Source: a virus (lineage: Duplodnaviria; Heunggongvirae; Uroviricota; Caudoviricetes). Taken from it: a DNA stretch of 56,119 nucleotides. A program made the position numbers and the translations under genes. Each line of letters opens with the position of its first letter. The stretch's first letter is position 1. The stretch spans positions 64,001-120,119 of IMG/VR virus record IMGVR_UViG_3300036801_000212; one strand, written 5' to 3'. Under the pieces are notes generated by a model, which saw only the letters and a program-made list of their open reading frames with translations, was not told the DNA's origin and did no database searches. Positions 1-9,835 of this stretch are shown one piece after another.

Positions 1-121
1 CAAGGCGATCTAGGAAGTCTCCCCAGTCAATCCGGGAATCGGCATACCAGCCGGCGTACACTTCCTCGGCCGCTTCTAGTAGCTCTGACTCGTCCAACGT
101 TTCACTCCTAACTTGAGTCGA

Positions 122-175
122 GAGTTCTTTCTTTAAAAAGAAAAAAACACTTCAATCTTTTAAAGAATAGAACTC
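122..175. repeat. AT-rich imperfect inverted repeat (~20-bp arms)
   Basis: GAGTTCTTTCTTTAAAAAGA (122-141) versus TCTTTTAAAGAATAGAACTC (156-175); strongly AT-rich in a GC-rich genome. Confidence 0.7.
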
Positions 176-248
176 CTCCCAGAATTCAATCTCGGAATCA
201 TGTTGCAACATTTCCGCTCTTTCTGATACTGCTAGAGCTATCGTAACC

Positions 249-473
249 TCATGTGGCAGCATAGAGCGTGTCATCCCAAATTCTCCCAGCGGTGTGCTGA
301 TGGTCTCTCACCTGCCACGTATTGCGCTCCGACTCACTGATGTGTCGCCACGATGACGTGGGGCACGGGGAAACAAACATTCCGGCATCCGAGATGTAAG
401 CTGGACGATACTGTCCGTTGATCCGGACGCGACCCCAAACTGTACTCATGACTCTCCTTTTTTGGTTGATCAT
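249..473 (-). CDS. small hypothetical protein
   Basis: 74-aa ORF in a leftward cluster of small phage-type genes; no recognisable motif. Confidence 0.45.
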   Translation of the reverse strand: MINQKRRVMSTVWGRVRINGQYRPAYISDAGMFVSPCPTSSWRHISESERNTWQVRDHQHTAGRIWDDTLYAAT

Positions 474-519
474 GTCTTCGTGAGAGCATCTCTAGCTTTG
501 CGGCGGTAAATCTCGTCTA

Positions 520-750
520 TCATCTTCGGTGGCGATCTCGATACCGTCCACCTTGATGTCTTTCGTCGCTGACCACCAGGTGCGCGCTGAGCGCGTCAGC
601 CACAAGTTCGTGCAGCGTCTGAGGGTCGACGTTATCTAGGTCCCACTCTGAGGTATCGACAATGACAAAGATTGTCGCTTGCGTCTTGATTTTCACAGTG
701 CCTCCAAAATATCGATATTCCCTCGCCGGCCGGAAATAAACCTCTCCCAA
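520..750 (-). CDS. small hypothetical protein
   Basis: 76-aa ORF, same orientation as its neighbours; no motif. Confidence 0.4.
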   Translation of the reverse strand: MGEVYFRPAREYRYFGGTVKIKTQATIFVIVDTSEWDLDNVDPQTLHELVADALSAHLVVSDERHQGGRYRDRHRR

Positions 751-820
751 AATTCTCTCACGAGACGTGAGATCACTTCAAGAGTTGAGTAACCACGAAG
801 GATGGCCGGTCAACGAACAC

Positions 821-1204
821 TCAGCGGTACATGCGGTGACCATAGGTACGGATCATGTAAGCCACATCGTCGTGACTGTTGACCACCATAGACATTGCGT
901 GGTCCAAAGCATCGAGGGTGATCTCGTCACCGGTCTCACGTGCGGTGATGTAGGCGAGACGCCACGCAACTAGGGCACAGTCGTCGGTGTAGGAGCCGTA
1001 TGTCGAGAAACATTGGAGATGACCGGCGCGGTTGGTGCCATTGCAGGTGGGGCAGCTGTCGATGTCGACTTTGCGACCTTGGTTCCAGTGGTCACCGTGA
1101 CGGTCGGCGCACTGGGTCAGGTAGGTGATTCCCTCGGAACGGTTCATTTTCGACTCTCCGTCTACTATAGTGAACGTTTCAGCGGTCAAAGTGCCAGAAT
1201 TCAC
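821..1204 (-). CDS. hypothetical protein with CxxC motif
   Basis: CPTC motif; the true start may be the ATG at 1147. Confidence 0.45.
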   Translation of the reverse strand: MNSGTLTAETFTIVDGESKMNRSEGITYLTQCADRHGDHWNQGRKVDIDSCPTCNGTNRAGHLQCFSTYGSYTDDCALVAWRLAYITARETGDEITLDALDHAMSMVVNSHDDVAYMIRTYGHRMYR

Positions 1205-1309
1205 GGGCTGAGACCAACTATCGGCTCAAAACCGTGTCGGATAGTGGATATTTCGGTCGGACACCGCACGGCTCAGACGGGCTGAGACGCACGGAGACGG
1301 ACCAAACAC

Positions 1310-1561
1310 TCACACCCAAGACTGAGAGTCTCGGGACCACACTAACCCGTCAGGCTCCCACTCAGACCTTTCCTGCTCGGTCCACTCGGGTAGGGGCTTA
1401 GATCGTAGCTCGACAGGTGGTAACCGCAGTTCCCGTCGTCGCTCTGGCAGCATGGCACCTTTCCGATCTTGGGTAACTGACTCTCGCCTAAGACTTTCAC
1501 GTACGATCGTGCTCACTACTGTTACTTTTGTAGTGACCGTTCCAATATTTCCCTGGCTCAA
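1310..1561 (-). CDS. hypothetical protein
   Basis: ORF track only; start codon uncertain. Confidence 0.3.
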   Translation of the reverse strand: MSQGNIGTVTTKVTVVSTIVRESLRRESVTQDRKGAMLPERRRELRLPPVELRSKPLPEWTEQERSEWEPDGLVWSRDSQSWV

Positions 1562-1852
1562 TCAGCATTGATTCCTCGACTAAGCCTAACTTCGTACAGT
1601 TGTACAGAATTACGTACACTCGCCCACTTGTCTCTCGCGCGCGTATAAGTGGACGTTGTGTCCACTAAGTGTTTCCGCAGGTCAGAGACTGTTGATCATG
1701 TGCGAAAACGGTTGTTTCGACTTATGCGACGAGCGACATTCCGCACACGACATGTGCGACAAACGGGGTCTGGCGACCAGCACATATGCACTGGTCGCCA
1801 ACCGATGTTGATGTTCACCGTCTGTCGCACAACCGGCCGATTCCGCACAAGA

Positions 1853-2089
1853 TCAGACAGAGTGCAGGAAGGCACTTCGCCTAGCCACGACTCGAGCGGC
1901 GGCAATTACTTGCATGTCAGCATGATGTGCGGCTCGGGCTAGCATGCCGTCATCGTCACTAGTCCAGCTGTCCAGGTAGAGCTTGCTCGCTGCCTCTTGC
2001 TTGGTCAGCAGGGAGGCGAGCTCGGTGATTGCATTGTCTCGGGACTCTTCGGCAGCGTAGGCGGCACGGTAGTTGTACATCGTGGTCAT
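1853..2089 (-). CDS. hypothetical protein
   Basis: C-terminal 78 aa (MTTMYNYRAAY...) of the 1853..2266 ORF look protein-like; the upstream part overlaps the GATC-repeat region. Confidence 0.4.
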   Translation of the reverse strand: MTTMYNYRAAYAAEESRDNAITELASLLTKQEAASKLYLDSWTSDDDGMLARAAHHADMQVIAAARVVARRSAFLHSV

Positions 2090-2735
2090 TAGATGATCTC
2101 CTGTCCATTGCGTGATCAACAAGAGTTCAAGATCGAATGATCTTCTCTCCAGGTGATCACACAAGATCAAATGATCTTGACTTGCGTGATGGAAGATCAG
2201 CGATCTTGTGAGACCTGGTGATCTTCCTCCGGCCTGTGCCGCGCGGCGCACCCGAAACTTGATCACCCTGCGCCCGCTTGGCCTTCACCGCGCACGTCAC
2301 GCCGGCAGTCCGGTCGTGATCAAATCCTCGCGGGTGGTTCCTAGCGGCGGGTGGGGTCGGGATTGCGGCCAGCCATTGCCGGACCGGTAGCGACATCCAT
2401 TCAAGATCGTTGATCTTGTCCGGGGCTTTCCGGTGAAGTGATCTTGAGTCAAGCTGATCTTGACCCGGGACTCGGTGTCGAGCTCTTTCGCTTACAAGGT
2501 CTAATCTACCCGGCGCCAGACTTGGGACATACCGCCGAATGGGTGGTAGCTGAGAGTGATCAGTTGCTTCGGCTAGCTAACGAGATGGTTACGCCGGCTA
2601 ACGATATGATCGTTACCGAACCGTGATGTTGACCTTCTCAGGCAACCGTTACCGAACCGTGACTGATCAACTGAGAGTCCCCCCCACCTGTTCGTTAGGC
2701 TAACTAACAAAGGCAAGGGTTCATGATCTTGGTCA
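2090..2735. repeat. GATC-dense region with AAGATC-N3/4-GATCTT palindromes and a 16-bp direct repeat
   Basis: About 20 GATC counted by eye in ~645 bp. Palindromes at 2129-2144, 2162-2179, 2193-2207 and 2401-2418. CGTTACCGAACCGTGA at 2611 and 2647. Confidence 0.75.
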
Positions 2736-2823
2736 CCCCTACGCGCGGCCGGGTCCCCTTTTTGGTATTCGATTAGCCTCCGATGCCCATTTATATTTTT
2801 GCTAGCTACGTGCGCGAAGTTTT

Positions 2824-3300
2824 TTAGCCATGCTCTCTCAGATACTCAGCAGCACGTTCCATCCTCTCGGGATCATCATCGAAGTGTCCTAGCATTTTGT
2901 TGCAGCTGGAACACAGCAATTCCCTAATAATCCCCGTTTTGTGGCAGTGGTCCACCGCTAGTTTGATAGTGTTGCCGTTTTTCGCCACGGCTGTCTCAAG
3001 TCTTCTGCAGATGGCGCACACGCCGCCCTGTTTAGACAGCATCTCTTCGTACTGTCCACGGGTAAACTCCTTGCACTCGCCGCCGTAAGGGGCGTGCTCG
3101 GACGAGCAGTACGTCCGGGGTCGCCCCTGCTCGGTGTCCAGCGGGATGACGTTGCCGCACCAGCATGTCGTCGGCCTTGCGGTCTGTGCCTGTTCCCAGA
3201 GTTCGGTAACGCGTTGCCGAGTCAGTCCGAGTCGCTGACCGATGGCCTTGTAGTGTCAATCCTTCTTCACGCCACTTGACGATCTGCCGGGACCTCTCGG
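2824..3300 (-). pseudogene. frameshifted HTH / Zn-finger / endonuclease VII gene
   Basis: C-terminus CAIC...LAVDHCHKTGIIRELLCSSCNKMLG is Endo VII-like. The same frame is open upstream to ~3255 (AIGQRLGLTRQRV, CWCG...YCSSEH). IVKWREEGLTLQ joins it only after removing one base at ~3247. Confidence 0.6.
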
Positions 3301-3695
3301 GCAGCGTGCTTTCGGATGTATGCGGCCGCCTCGGTGAGAGTATCGGGGTTGTCGCTAGCGAAACCGAGACCTCGGTTGCATTTGGTGCACAAGAGTTTGC
3401 GAACTTTCCCCGTCGTATGGCAGTGATCGACACAGAGTTTCCCGCGCGGGGGTTCGGGGACCCCACAGATGGCGCAGTTTGCCCCCTGGGAGGCCCTGAG
3501 ATCGCCGTAGAGCGCACGGTTGGCCTTTGCCCGCCTCTGGCACTCAATGCAGAGGCGGCATCGCTTAGGGGCATCGTAGGGCTTAAGGCAACTCGAACAG
3601 CTGGTGCGCGGCTCGAGTTGCCGTCCGGACCGCTTGACGGGCTTTGCGTCTGTCGTATCTCGCACACACCCGAAGGCTACTAAGCCCCGCGCCAC
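3267..3695 (-). CDS. endonuclease VII family (homing) endonuclease
   Basis: CAICG...LCVDHCHTTGKVRKLLCTKCNRGLG...L.EAAAYI motif. Confidence 0.85.
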   Translation of the reverse strand: MARGLVAFGCVRDTTDAKPVKRSGRQLEPRTSCSSCLKPYDAPKRCRLCIECQRRAKANRALYGDLRASQGANCAICGVPEPPRGKLCVDHCHTTGKVRKLLCTKCNRGLGFASDNPDTLTEAAAYIRKHAAREVPADRQVA

Positions 3696-3738
3696 GATTG
3701 GTTAGTTTGAAAATTCCCGGCGCGTCGCGAGTGGCTTT

Positions 3739-4167
3739 CTAGGCAGAAGCTCGATTGAGGGAGGCAATCCCATCTTTCCGGTAGCAGCCACAAGACTTGG
3801 TGTTGCCCTTGAGTAGATGCCCGACGACAACTTTCCGCTGCTTGCCACATTCGCACTGGCACAGAACGGTGCGGTTGTGACCCGGCTGGATTTCTCCAAC
3901 GACGGTGAGACGTCCGAATCTCGCTCCAGGGATGACCTCGGTGTCGCAGTGGAGACTGGAGTCCCACGTTTTGCCTTTGTTGTGGTCGCGCTTCATGGTT
4001 CCCCGGGAGCAGCCACAGGAGAGGCTCTGTCCGGCACGGAGAAGGTGTCTCCACACTTCACGTTCGGTTCCGCACTTGCACTTGCACCAGACTTTCCGTG
4101 CCGTGTCGCTGGGGTTGAGGACGGTCCAGTCGCCGTAGTGATCTTCAAGAGGTTCGATTCTTCTCAT
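3739..4167 (-). CDS. Cys-rich two-repeat protein (N-terminal module typical of phage HNH/AP2 endonucleases)
   Basis: Two repeats of YGDWTV/FGRLTV...CxCxCG...HLL.G...SCGC; no nuclease domain in frame. Confidence 0.7.
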   Translation of the reverse strand: MRRIEPLEDHYGDWTVLNPSDTARKVWCKCKCGTEREVWRHLLRAGQSLSCGCSRGTMKRDHNKGKTWDSSLHCDTEVIPGARFGRLTVVGEIQPGHNRTVLCQCECGKQRKVVVGHLLKGNTKSCGCYRKDGIASLNRASA

Positions 4168-4210
4168 GTCGATACTCTAGCATGCCAGTCTTGGGACGTC
4201 TAGCCGTAAG

Positions 4211-4234
4211 AAAACCCTCCGCCGTGACGGAGGG
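4211..4234 (-). terminator. intrinsic terminator
   Basis: CCCTCCG/CGGAGGG stem with a T-rich tail on the minus strand, just after ORF 4251..4493. Confidence 0.65.
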
Positions 4235-4250
4235 CTCTTACCTACGACTC

Positions 4251-4493
4251 CTAGCGGCGGTTGGAGTAGTACATGCGCGGGTTCAGCGGCCCGTCGGGCG
4301 GCAGCTTCGGCGACGGTTCGACCGGCGGCGGCAGGGGAGGCTGTTCCGGCAGCATCAGGTCGATCGCACTGAGCACTAGCGCGAAGACGAAGAGGACACC
4401 GGCAGCCCCCAAGAGCACTGGGACCACGAAGCCGGCGAGGAAGCTGAAGAAGAACCCCGTCACCGCGGCGTCCGCCAGTTTCGACACGTTCAT
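4251..4493 (-). CDS. small membrane protein with Pro-rich tail
   Basis: AGGAGG RBS before the ATG at 4493; two hydrophobic segments. Confidence 0.6.
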   Translation of the reverse strand: MNVSKLADAAVTGFFFSFLAGFVVPVLLGAAGVLFVFALVLSAIDLMLPEQPPLPPPVEPSPKLPPDGPLNPRMYYSNRR

Positions 4494-4639
4494 AAGGGAC
4501 CTCCTGAAGACGATGCTGCCCAGTTGGTCCTGTCGACTGTACGCTGGCTGGCGGCGACGGGTGCGTCTCCTCCCTCCTCCGAGCACGGCCTTCGTGGCGT
4601 AACGCGCAGTCCGAAACGGACCCGGGAACAAAAAGAACA

Positions 4640-5095
4640 TCACAGTCTCTGTTTCCCGCAGCATCCGCAGAAGTTTCCCTCCGCGCCGGAACAGGATCGT
4701 GTCCCAGCAGCGTGGAACCACTCGTTCGATGCCGGCAGGAACATGGTGGCGAAGGCCATCACGCCGAGGATGAGCAGGAGCGGCACGAGAAGTGATGTCA
4801 GGTAGTGACCGTTGGCCAGGAAGATCAGCAGTCCGACTCCCCCGAGGAACACTCTCCCACCCCCGATGACGGCGAGGGTGATCCGCGCCCAGTTATGGCG
4901 AAGCATGAGGACCACCAGAACAGACATCACCACGTCAGCGGCGAGGGTGCCGACGAGCAGCCCCGTCTGAGCGGATGTCGGGTAGGTGGGGTAGCTGGAG
5001 ATGGTTCCGATCACTTCGGTGAAGATCGAAGCACCCCACAGTGCCACGGAGAGTTCGACCGTGTTCCTCCTGCTTTGGGTCGCGACTGTGGCCAT
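4640..5095 (-). CDS. multi-pass membrane protein
   Basis: About four hydrophobic segments. Confidence 0.6.
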   Translation of the reverse strand: MATVATQSRRNTVELSVALWGASIFTEVIGTISSYPTYPTSAQTGLLVGTLAADVVMSVLVVLMLRHNWARITLAVIGGGRVFLGGVGLLIFLANGHYLTSLLVPLLLILGVMAFATMFLPASNEWFHAAGTRSCSGAEGNFCGCCGKQRL

Positions 5096-5207
5096 GAGTT
5101 TTCCCCCTGATCTCGGGTTGATGTGGATCTATTTTCCCACGTTACAGCCGTTTTGTAGTTCGGCCAAGTGGGTGACTGTTTAATTTAACTCAATTCCTGG
5201 AGGGGTT

Positions 5208-7103
5208 GTGAAAGACGAAAACCCCGAGGTAATTGAGGCTACCCTCGATCAGTTGGAATTGTTCAAAAGGCTTAAAAGGAAAAGTGAACTTCTAGAGCGT
5301 GCGATTGCGTTGAAGTCGGCGGATAAACCTCGACCTTGGCATTCGAAGGCCCGCGAGAAACAATTAGAACCTCAAGGCGATTTCTCGGTATGGCTCGTAA
5401 TGGCGGGCAGAGGCTGGGGAAAGACGGAAGTCGGGGCGAACTGGCTCGCTGAACAGGCCGTGAAGAATCCCGATACTGAATGGGCCATCGTTGCTCCCAC
5501 TTGGCGGGATTGTAAGAAAACGTGCATCGAAGGCAAATCGGGACTTTTGAAGGCTTTCCTTCCGGGCGAGCTTGATTCATTGAACGCTTCCGACTTGACC
5601 GTGAGATTGAAGAACGGCTCCAAAATCTATGGGTATTCCGCTGATGGTTACGACAGATTACGTGGGTCGAACCTTTCCGGTGCATGGATAGACGAGGCCG
5701 CCGCGATGGGCTCCGTGGATGACATGTTCAGGGAGGCTTTGCTGCCTGCTTTGCGTATCGGCAAGAACCCTCGAGTTCTCATCACCACTACTCCTCGGCC
5801 GATTCAGTTCCTGAAGGAGCTAATCGCACGGGAGGACGGCTCGGTCTATGTAACAAAGGGTTCGACGTGGGAGAACGCGGAGAATCTATCCGAGAGCGCC
5901 TTGACGGAGTTGAGGGTTCGTTACGAGGACACTCGAATCGGCCGCCAGGAGCTTGAGGGCGAGCTTCTTGACGACATCGAAGGTGCTCTCTGGAATCATC
6001 AAACCTTGGAAGACACAAGGATACAGAAATCTGAACTTCCGCAGTTGTCGCGAATTGTTGTCGGCGTTGACCCAGCTGTTACTAGTGGTGACAAATCCGA
6101 CTTCACGGGAATTATCGTGGCCGGTCGCTGTCATGATGGTCATCTATACATTCTTGATGATTTAACGATGAAGGGCACTCCTCATCAGTGTATGGCCAAG
6201 GCCATTGGCGCTTACCACAAGTGGCACGCGGACAGAATTGTCGGCGAGGTCAATAACGGTGGGGACTACATCGAGTCTGTTCTGCGTTCGATTGATTCGA
6301 ATGTCGCGTATAAAACTGTCCGTGCGACAAGGGGCAAGTTGGTTCGTGCTGAACCTATCTCCGCACTGTGGGAGCAGGGTAGGGGTCATATTGTTGGGTA
6401 CCTTCCGAAGTTGGAAGACCAGATGGCCACTTATACGGCGGACGCCAAGAAGAGTCCCGATGAGCTCGATGCGTGCTTCATTGCGGGGACGCCGGTTCTG
6501 ACGTCTTCGGGCGAAGTTCCGATCGAGAAGGTAGTCCCTGGCGATCTGGTTTGGACCCGTGCTGGCTGGAAGCCTGTCCTTCGCAGTGAATGTACACGGC
6601 GTGATGCAACCGTGATGAGCGTCAAACTGTCGAACGGGAATATTTTAACGGGAACTCCAAGCCACCGGATATGGACAGGGAATGGTTGGACTCGTCTCGA
6701 TGATCTCGTTTGTGGTGATATCCTAGAAGGATGGACGACTACCCATCAAGTATCGAATTCCAAGGGTTCACCTAGCGTCTTGTGCCGTGCCCCGTCTGTA
6801 CCACTGAGTTCTGGCAGTCTAATTATCGCGCCAAGCCCGCGACGTGCAGCCTTAAGTGTAGTTGGGTTATTCGCCGAGCCCGCGAAGAAGGACGTCTACG
6901 ACCTGATGGTGGCGCAGCAGCATGAGTTTGTCGCCGCGGGCGCTGTAGTTCATAACTGCGTTTGGGCCTGTACTGAATTAAATATGGGCGCGTCGGCAGC
7001 CATTTGGCTGTCGGCGATTTCGTCTATGTGCGATAACCCTGACTGCGGTTTCGCTAACACAAAAGGTGCGGCTTTCTGTCTCAGATGTCGTGAGCCTCTG
7101 TAA
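5208..7103 (+). CDS. terL: terminase large subunit, intein-containing
   Basis: Walker A AGRGWGKT, Walker B WIDEAA, nuclease motifs VGVDPA and SPDELDA|CVWA; GGAGG RBS. Confidence 0.95.
   Translation: MKDENPEVIEATLDQLELFKRLKRKSELLERAIALKSADKPRPWHSKAREKQLEPQGDFSVWLVMAGRGWGKTEVGANWLAEQAVKNPDTEWAIVAPTWRDCKKTCIEGKSGLLKAFLPGELDSLNASDLTVRLKNGSKIYGYSADGYDRLRGSNLSGAWIDEAAAMGSVDDMFREALLPALRIGKNPRVLITTTPRPIQFLKELIAREDGSVYVTKGSTWENAENLSESALTELRVRYEDTRIGRQELEGELLDDIEGALWNHQTLEDTRIQKSELPQLSRIVVGVDPAVTSGDKSDFTGIIVAGRCHDGHLYILDDLTMKGTPHQCMAKAIGAYHKWHADRIVGEVNNGGDYIESVLRSIDSNVAYKTVRATRGKLVRAEPISALWEQGRGHIVGYLPKLEDQMATYTADAKKSPDELDACFIAGTPVLTSSGEVPIEKVVPGDLVWTRAGWKPVLRSECTRRDATVMSVKLSNGNILTGTPSHRIWTGNGWTRLDDLVCGDILEGWTTTHQVSNSKGSPSVLCRAPSVPLSSGSLIIAPSPRRAALSVVGLFAEPAKKDVYDLMVAQQHEFVAAGAVVHNCVWACTELNMGASAAIWLSAISSMCDNPDCGFANTKGAAFCLRCREPL
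6474..6956 (+). mobile_element. mini-intein in TerL (161 aa)
   Basis: Starts CFIAGTPV, block B TPSH, ends VYDLMV...VVHN followed by Cys+1; too short for a homing endonuclease. Confidence 0.9.
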
Positions 7104-7122
7104 TTTTAGTTAGGGAGGGTAC

Positions 7123-9063
7123 ATGCCGATTCGGCGCCCTGCCCGCATTACGCCCCGGCCTACACGACTTGCTGGTGACGCGTATCGTCGGGCTGCTGTA
7201 GAAGAAATCACCAAAGCGCTCAATCTACCCCGCGGTGCGACGACTCAGACGGCTCAACAGGTCACTGCGGGCTATATGGCGGCGCTTCAGCGCAACAATG
7301 CGGTCAGCGGATTTAACCCTCTCGCTCGTGACCCGGATGACGCATTGCCGTTCGGCCCGGGTTCGCCTCTTTTCCCGGCCCCGATTGCGCCACTTCTCCC
7401 GTCGGGTCGTCAACCTCCGCAGCGTCACGACTTTATGCCTGCGTGGAACCTCCAGACCACCACCACTCGCTTGGTGCCGTGGACCCTTTTGCGGGATGCT
7501 TCCATGCAGATTCCGCTCGTCCGCTCGTGCATGGACGTGTGCATTTCCGCGGTCACCGGCCTCGATTGGTCCTTCGGGATTGACACGGCGAAGGCTAGGG
7601 CGTTGGCGAAGAGGTCGAACACCTCCAGTCATGAAGTCATCAGCGACCTTCAAGATAAATTCGCTGACGATATTGACCGCTTGCATCAGTGGTGGATGAA
7701 GCCGGATCGGGTTAACAATTTGACGTTCGTCCAGTGGCTCACCATGCTACTGGAGGACGAACTCGCGTTGGATGCGGTGAGTATCTGGCCGCATTTCCAA
7801 ATGAATGGCGACCTTTATGCGGCGGAGATTATTGATTCCAGCACGGTGAAACCCCTACTAGATGACCGAGGCGCTGTTCCCCAGCCACCTTTCCCGGCGT
7901 ACCAGCAAATTCGTTACGGGTTCCCTCGGACCGAGTTCACCCAACCCGCTCCGCCGGAATTGATTGACTACGAGTTTACCTCTGTAGTTTACGGGAGACC
8001 TCAAGGTTCGTGGGCGATCACTGATCAGTTGATGTACAAGGTTCGGAATTGTCGCAGCAGCTCGCTTTACGGGTTTTCATGTGTCGAGCAAGCACTTCCT
8101 AGTATTGATCTGTGGTTGAAGCGTTGGGACTGGTTGCGGTCTGAATATTCCGCTGGTGTGACACCGGAAATGCTCGTCAACGTGGATATGACGATGGCGC
8201 CGGAACAGTTAAGGCAGTATGAAGCTGTTTTCAATGACGATTTGTCGGGTAGAACAGCCGAACGTCATAGGGCTCGTTTCCTCCCGGCCGGGTTTACTCC
8301 CATGTTCCCCGCGGGGTTGGATTCGAAGTTCAACTCAGATTTCGATCTGCATCTGGTGAGACTGATTTGCGCGTCGTTTGACGTTTTGCCTACTTCGCTT
8401 GGGTTCACGCCGAACCACAATGGCGGCTTGGCGGGACAGAGCGCTCAGGAGTCGGAGCAGGACACCCAGTTGATGCGAGGTACGAAGCCTAGGGTCAAAT
8501 GGCTTGTCGGCATCATCAACGAGATTTGCATCAACTATCTCGGCATGCCACCTGAGGTTACTTTTAACTTCCACGGCATCGATGATGAGGATGAGCAAAA
8601 AGAGGCCACTCTTCTCGAAGGCTATGTCACCACCGGTGGAATGGTGCTCAATGAGATGCGGGATAGGTTGAATCTGCCTCGCTATGGTATTGAGCAAGCA
8701 AACGAACCGTTCATTGCCACCCCTACAGGGCCCGCGTTCTTCAATCCTGATGTTCAGCCTGTCGGCATGCCGGGGAACCTTCCCTCCGCAGACCAGAACC
8801 GGCCGAGTAAACAGGTCGAGCCGTCCATGGATGTCGGCGCCGCCAAGGAACCTCGCGACCAGCAGGTTCAGGGAACGAGTAAGCAGGCAGAGCAGAAGGC
8901 CTTCATGTCCTGCGTCCGAGCTCAGGCGAAATCCGACCGGGAATGGCGGAATTTTACCTTCAAAGCCCACTCCCCGGTGATGGCCGAGGCCGCGAACCTT
9001 CTTGCCTCCGACGGGAATGTTGAAGCATGTAAGGCGTTGTTTGAGTACGCCGATGCGGCCTGA
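7123..9063 (+). CDS. portal protein
   Basis: Directly after TerL; portal-like segments such as LYGFSCVEQAL, ICASFDVLPTSLG and MVLNEMRDRLNL. Confidence 0.85.
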   Translation: MPIRRPARITPRPTRLAGDAYRRAAVEEITKALNLPRGATTQTAQQVTAGYMAALQRNNAVSGFNPLARDPDDALPFGPGSPLFPAPIAPLLPSGRQPPQRHDFMPAWNLQTTTTRLVPWTLLRDASMQIPLVRSCMDVCISAVTGLDWSFGIDTAKARALAKRSNTSSHEVISDLQDKFADDIDRLHQWWMKPDRVNNLTFVQWLTMLLEDELALDAVSIWPHFQMNGDLYAAEIIDSSTVKPLLDDRGAVPQPPFPAYQQIRYGFPRTEFTQPAPPELIDYEFTSVVYGRPQGSWAITDQLMYKVRNCRSSSLYGFSCVEQALPSIDLWLKRWDWLRSEYSAGVTPEMLVNVDMTMAPEQLRQYEAVFNDDLSGRTAERHRARFLPAGFTPMFPAGLDSKFNSDFDLHLVRLICASFDVLPTSLGFTPNHNGGLAGQSAQESEQDTQLMRGTKPRVKWLVGIINEICINYLGMPPEVTFNFHGIDDEDEQKEATLLEGYVTTGGMVLNEMRDRLNLPRYGIEQANEPFIATPTGPAFFNPDVQPVGMPGNLPSADQNRPSKQVEPSMDVGAAKEPRDQQVQGTSKQAEQKAFMSCVRAQAKSDREWRNFTFKAHSPVMAEAANLLASDGNVEACKALFEYADAA

Positions 9064-9715
9064 CGTTGCGGCGCTGGTGGCGTTAGCCGAAGCTAAGGCA
9101 GTCCGAGTTCGGCTGGTGAAAGCCCAGGCCACTGAGGCTGCGGTTTTGGCTGCATTGACCGCGTGGTTCGGCTCGAAAGACGCAATTTCCGCAGATCAAC
9201 TGCCGGATCAGATCGTCGACATGCTCGCACAGCTTGGGATTGACCGTAAGGCCGCGCTTCAGGTCGGTGAGATGGCGACGGTGAAAAGTCTCTCCGGGAG
9301 AGGGCGTCACGGTTCACCTTCGGATGACTCAACGCTCGTACGTCGTGTTGCTTCTGAAGAACCGCACATGCGTGCCATGTATGTCCTCGCCGCGTCTCGC
9401 CGACTCTCCAGTGCTGACCGTTTCGACGATGCGCTATCCACAGAGAATACATATCTTATGGCCCACGTAAGGGCTGGCCAGAACCGTAGACGTGCTGCGA
9501 AAAAGGTAGACGGCCTAGGTGACCACGTTTTGGTGTGGCGAACCGCTGGCGACTCAAAGGTCGAGGCGGCATGCGCGTCCCTCGAGGGTCGTCTATTTAC
9601 GGCCAACACTCTCCCCGGTGGCGCGATTCCAGGCGCGGTCACTCCAAGGTGCCGCTGCCATGCGGAAGTTTACGGTCGGGGGCCATTGCTGGATTGGGGA
9701 CTGTCGCAACATTGA
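9053..9715 (+). CDS. head morphogenesis protein (MuF-like)
   Basis: WRTAGDSKVEAACASLEG...PGAVTPRCRC C-terminal motif; position after portal. Confidence 0.75.
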   Translation: MRPDVAALVALAEAKAVRVRLVKAQATEAAVLAALTAWFGSKDAISADQLPDQIVDMLAQLGIDRKAALQVGEMATVKSLSGRGRHGSPSDDSTLVRRVASEEPHMRAMYVLAASRRLSSADRFDDALSTENTYLMAHVRAGQNRRRAAKKVDGLGDHVLVWRTAGDSKVEAACASLEGRLFTANTLPGGAIPGAVTPRCRCHAEVYGRGPLLDWGLSQH

Positions 9716-9835
9716 CAGGGTGTCCCGTGGCGGCTTCGAACGCATGTTCAAGTAGCCTGGGGAGTTGTCAGAGAGCCCCAGGCGGTGTTGACGCACCCCT
9801 GGGGCGTGGCTCGGCCAGTCAGGAGCTAGCCGAAC

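Noticed and set aside
1-5200. Terminase small subunit
   Set aside because: No ORF with supportable TerS features was recognised.
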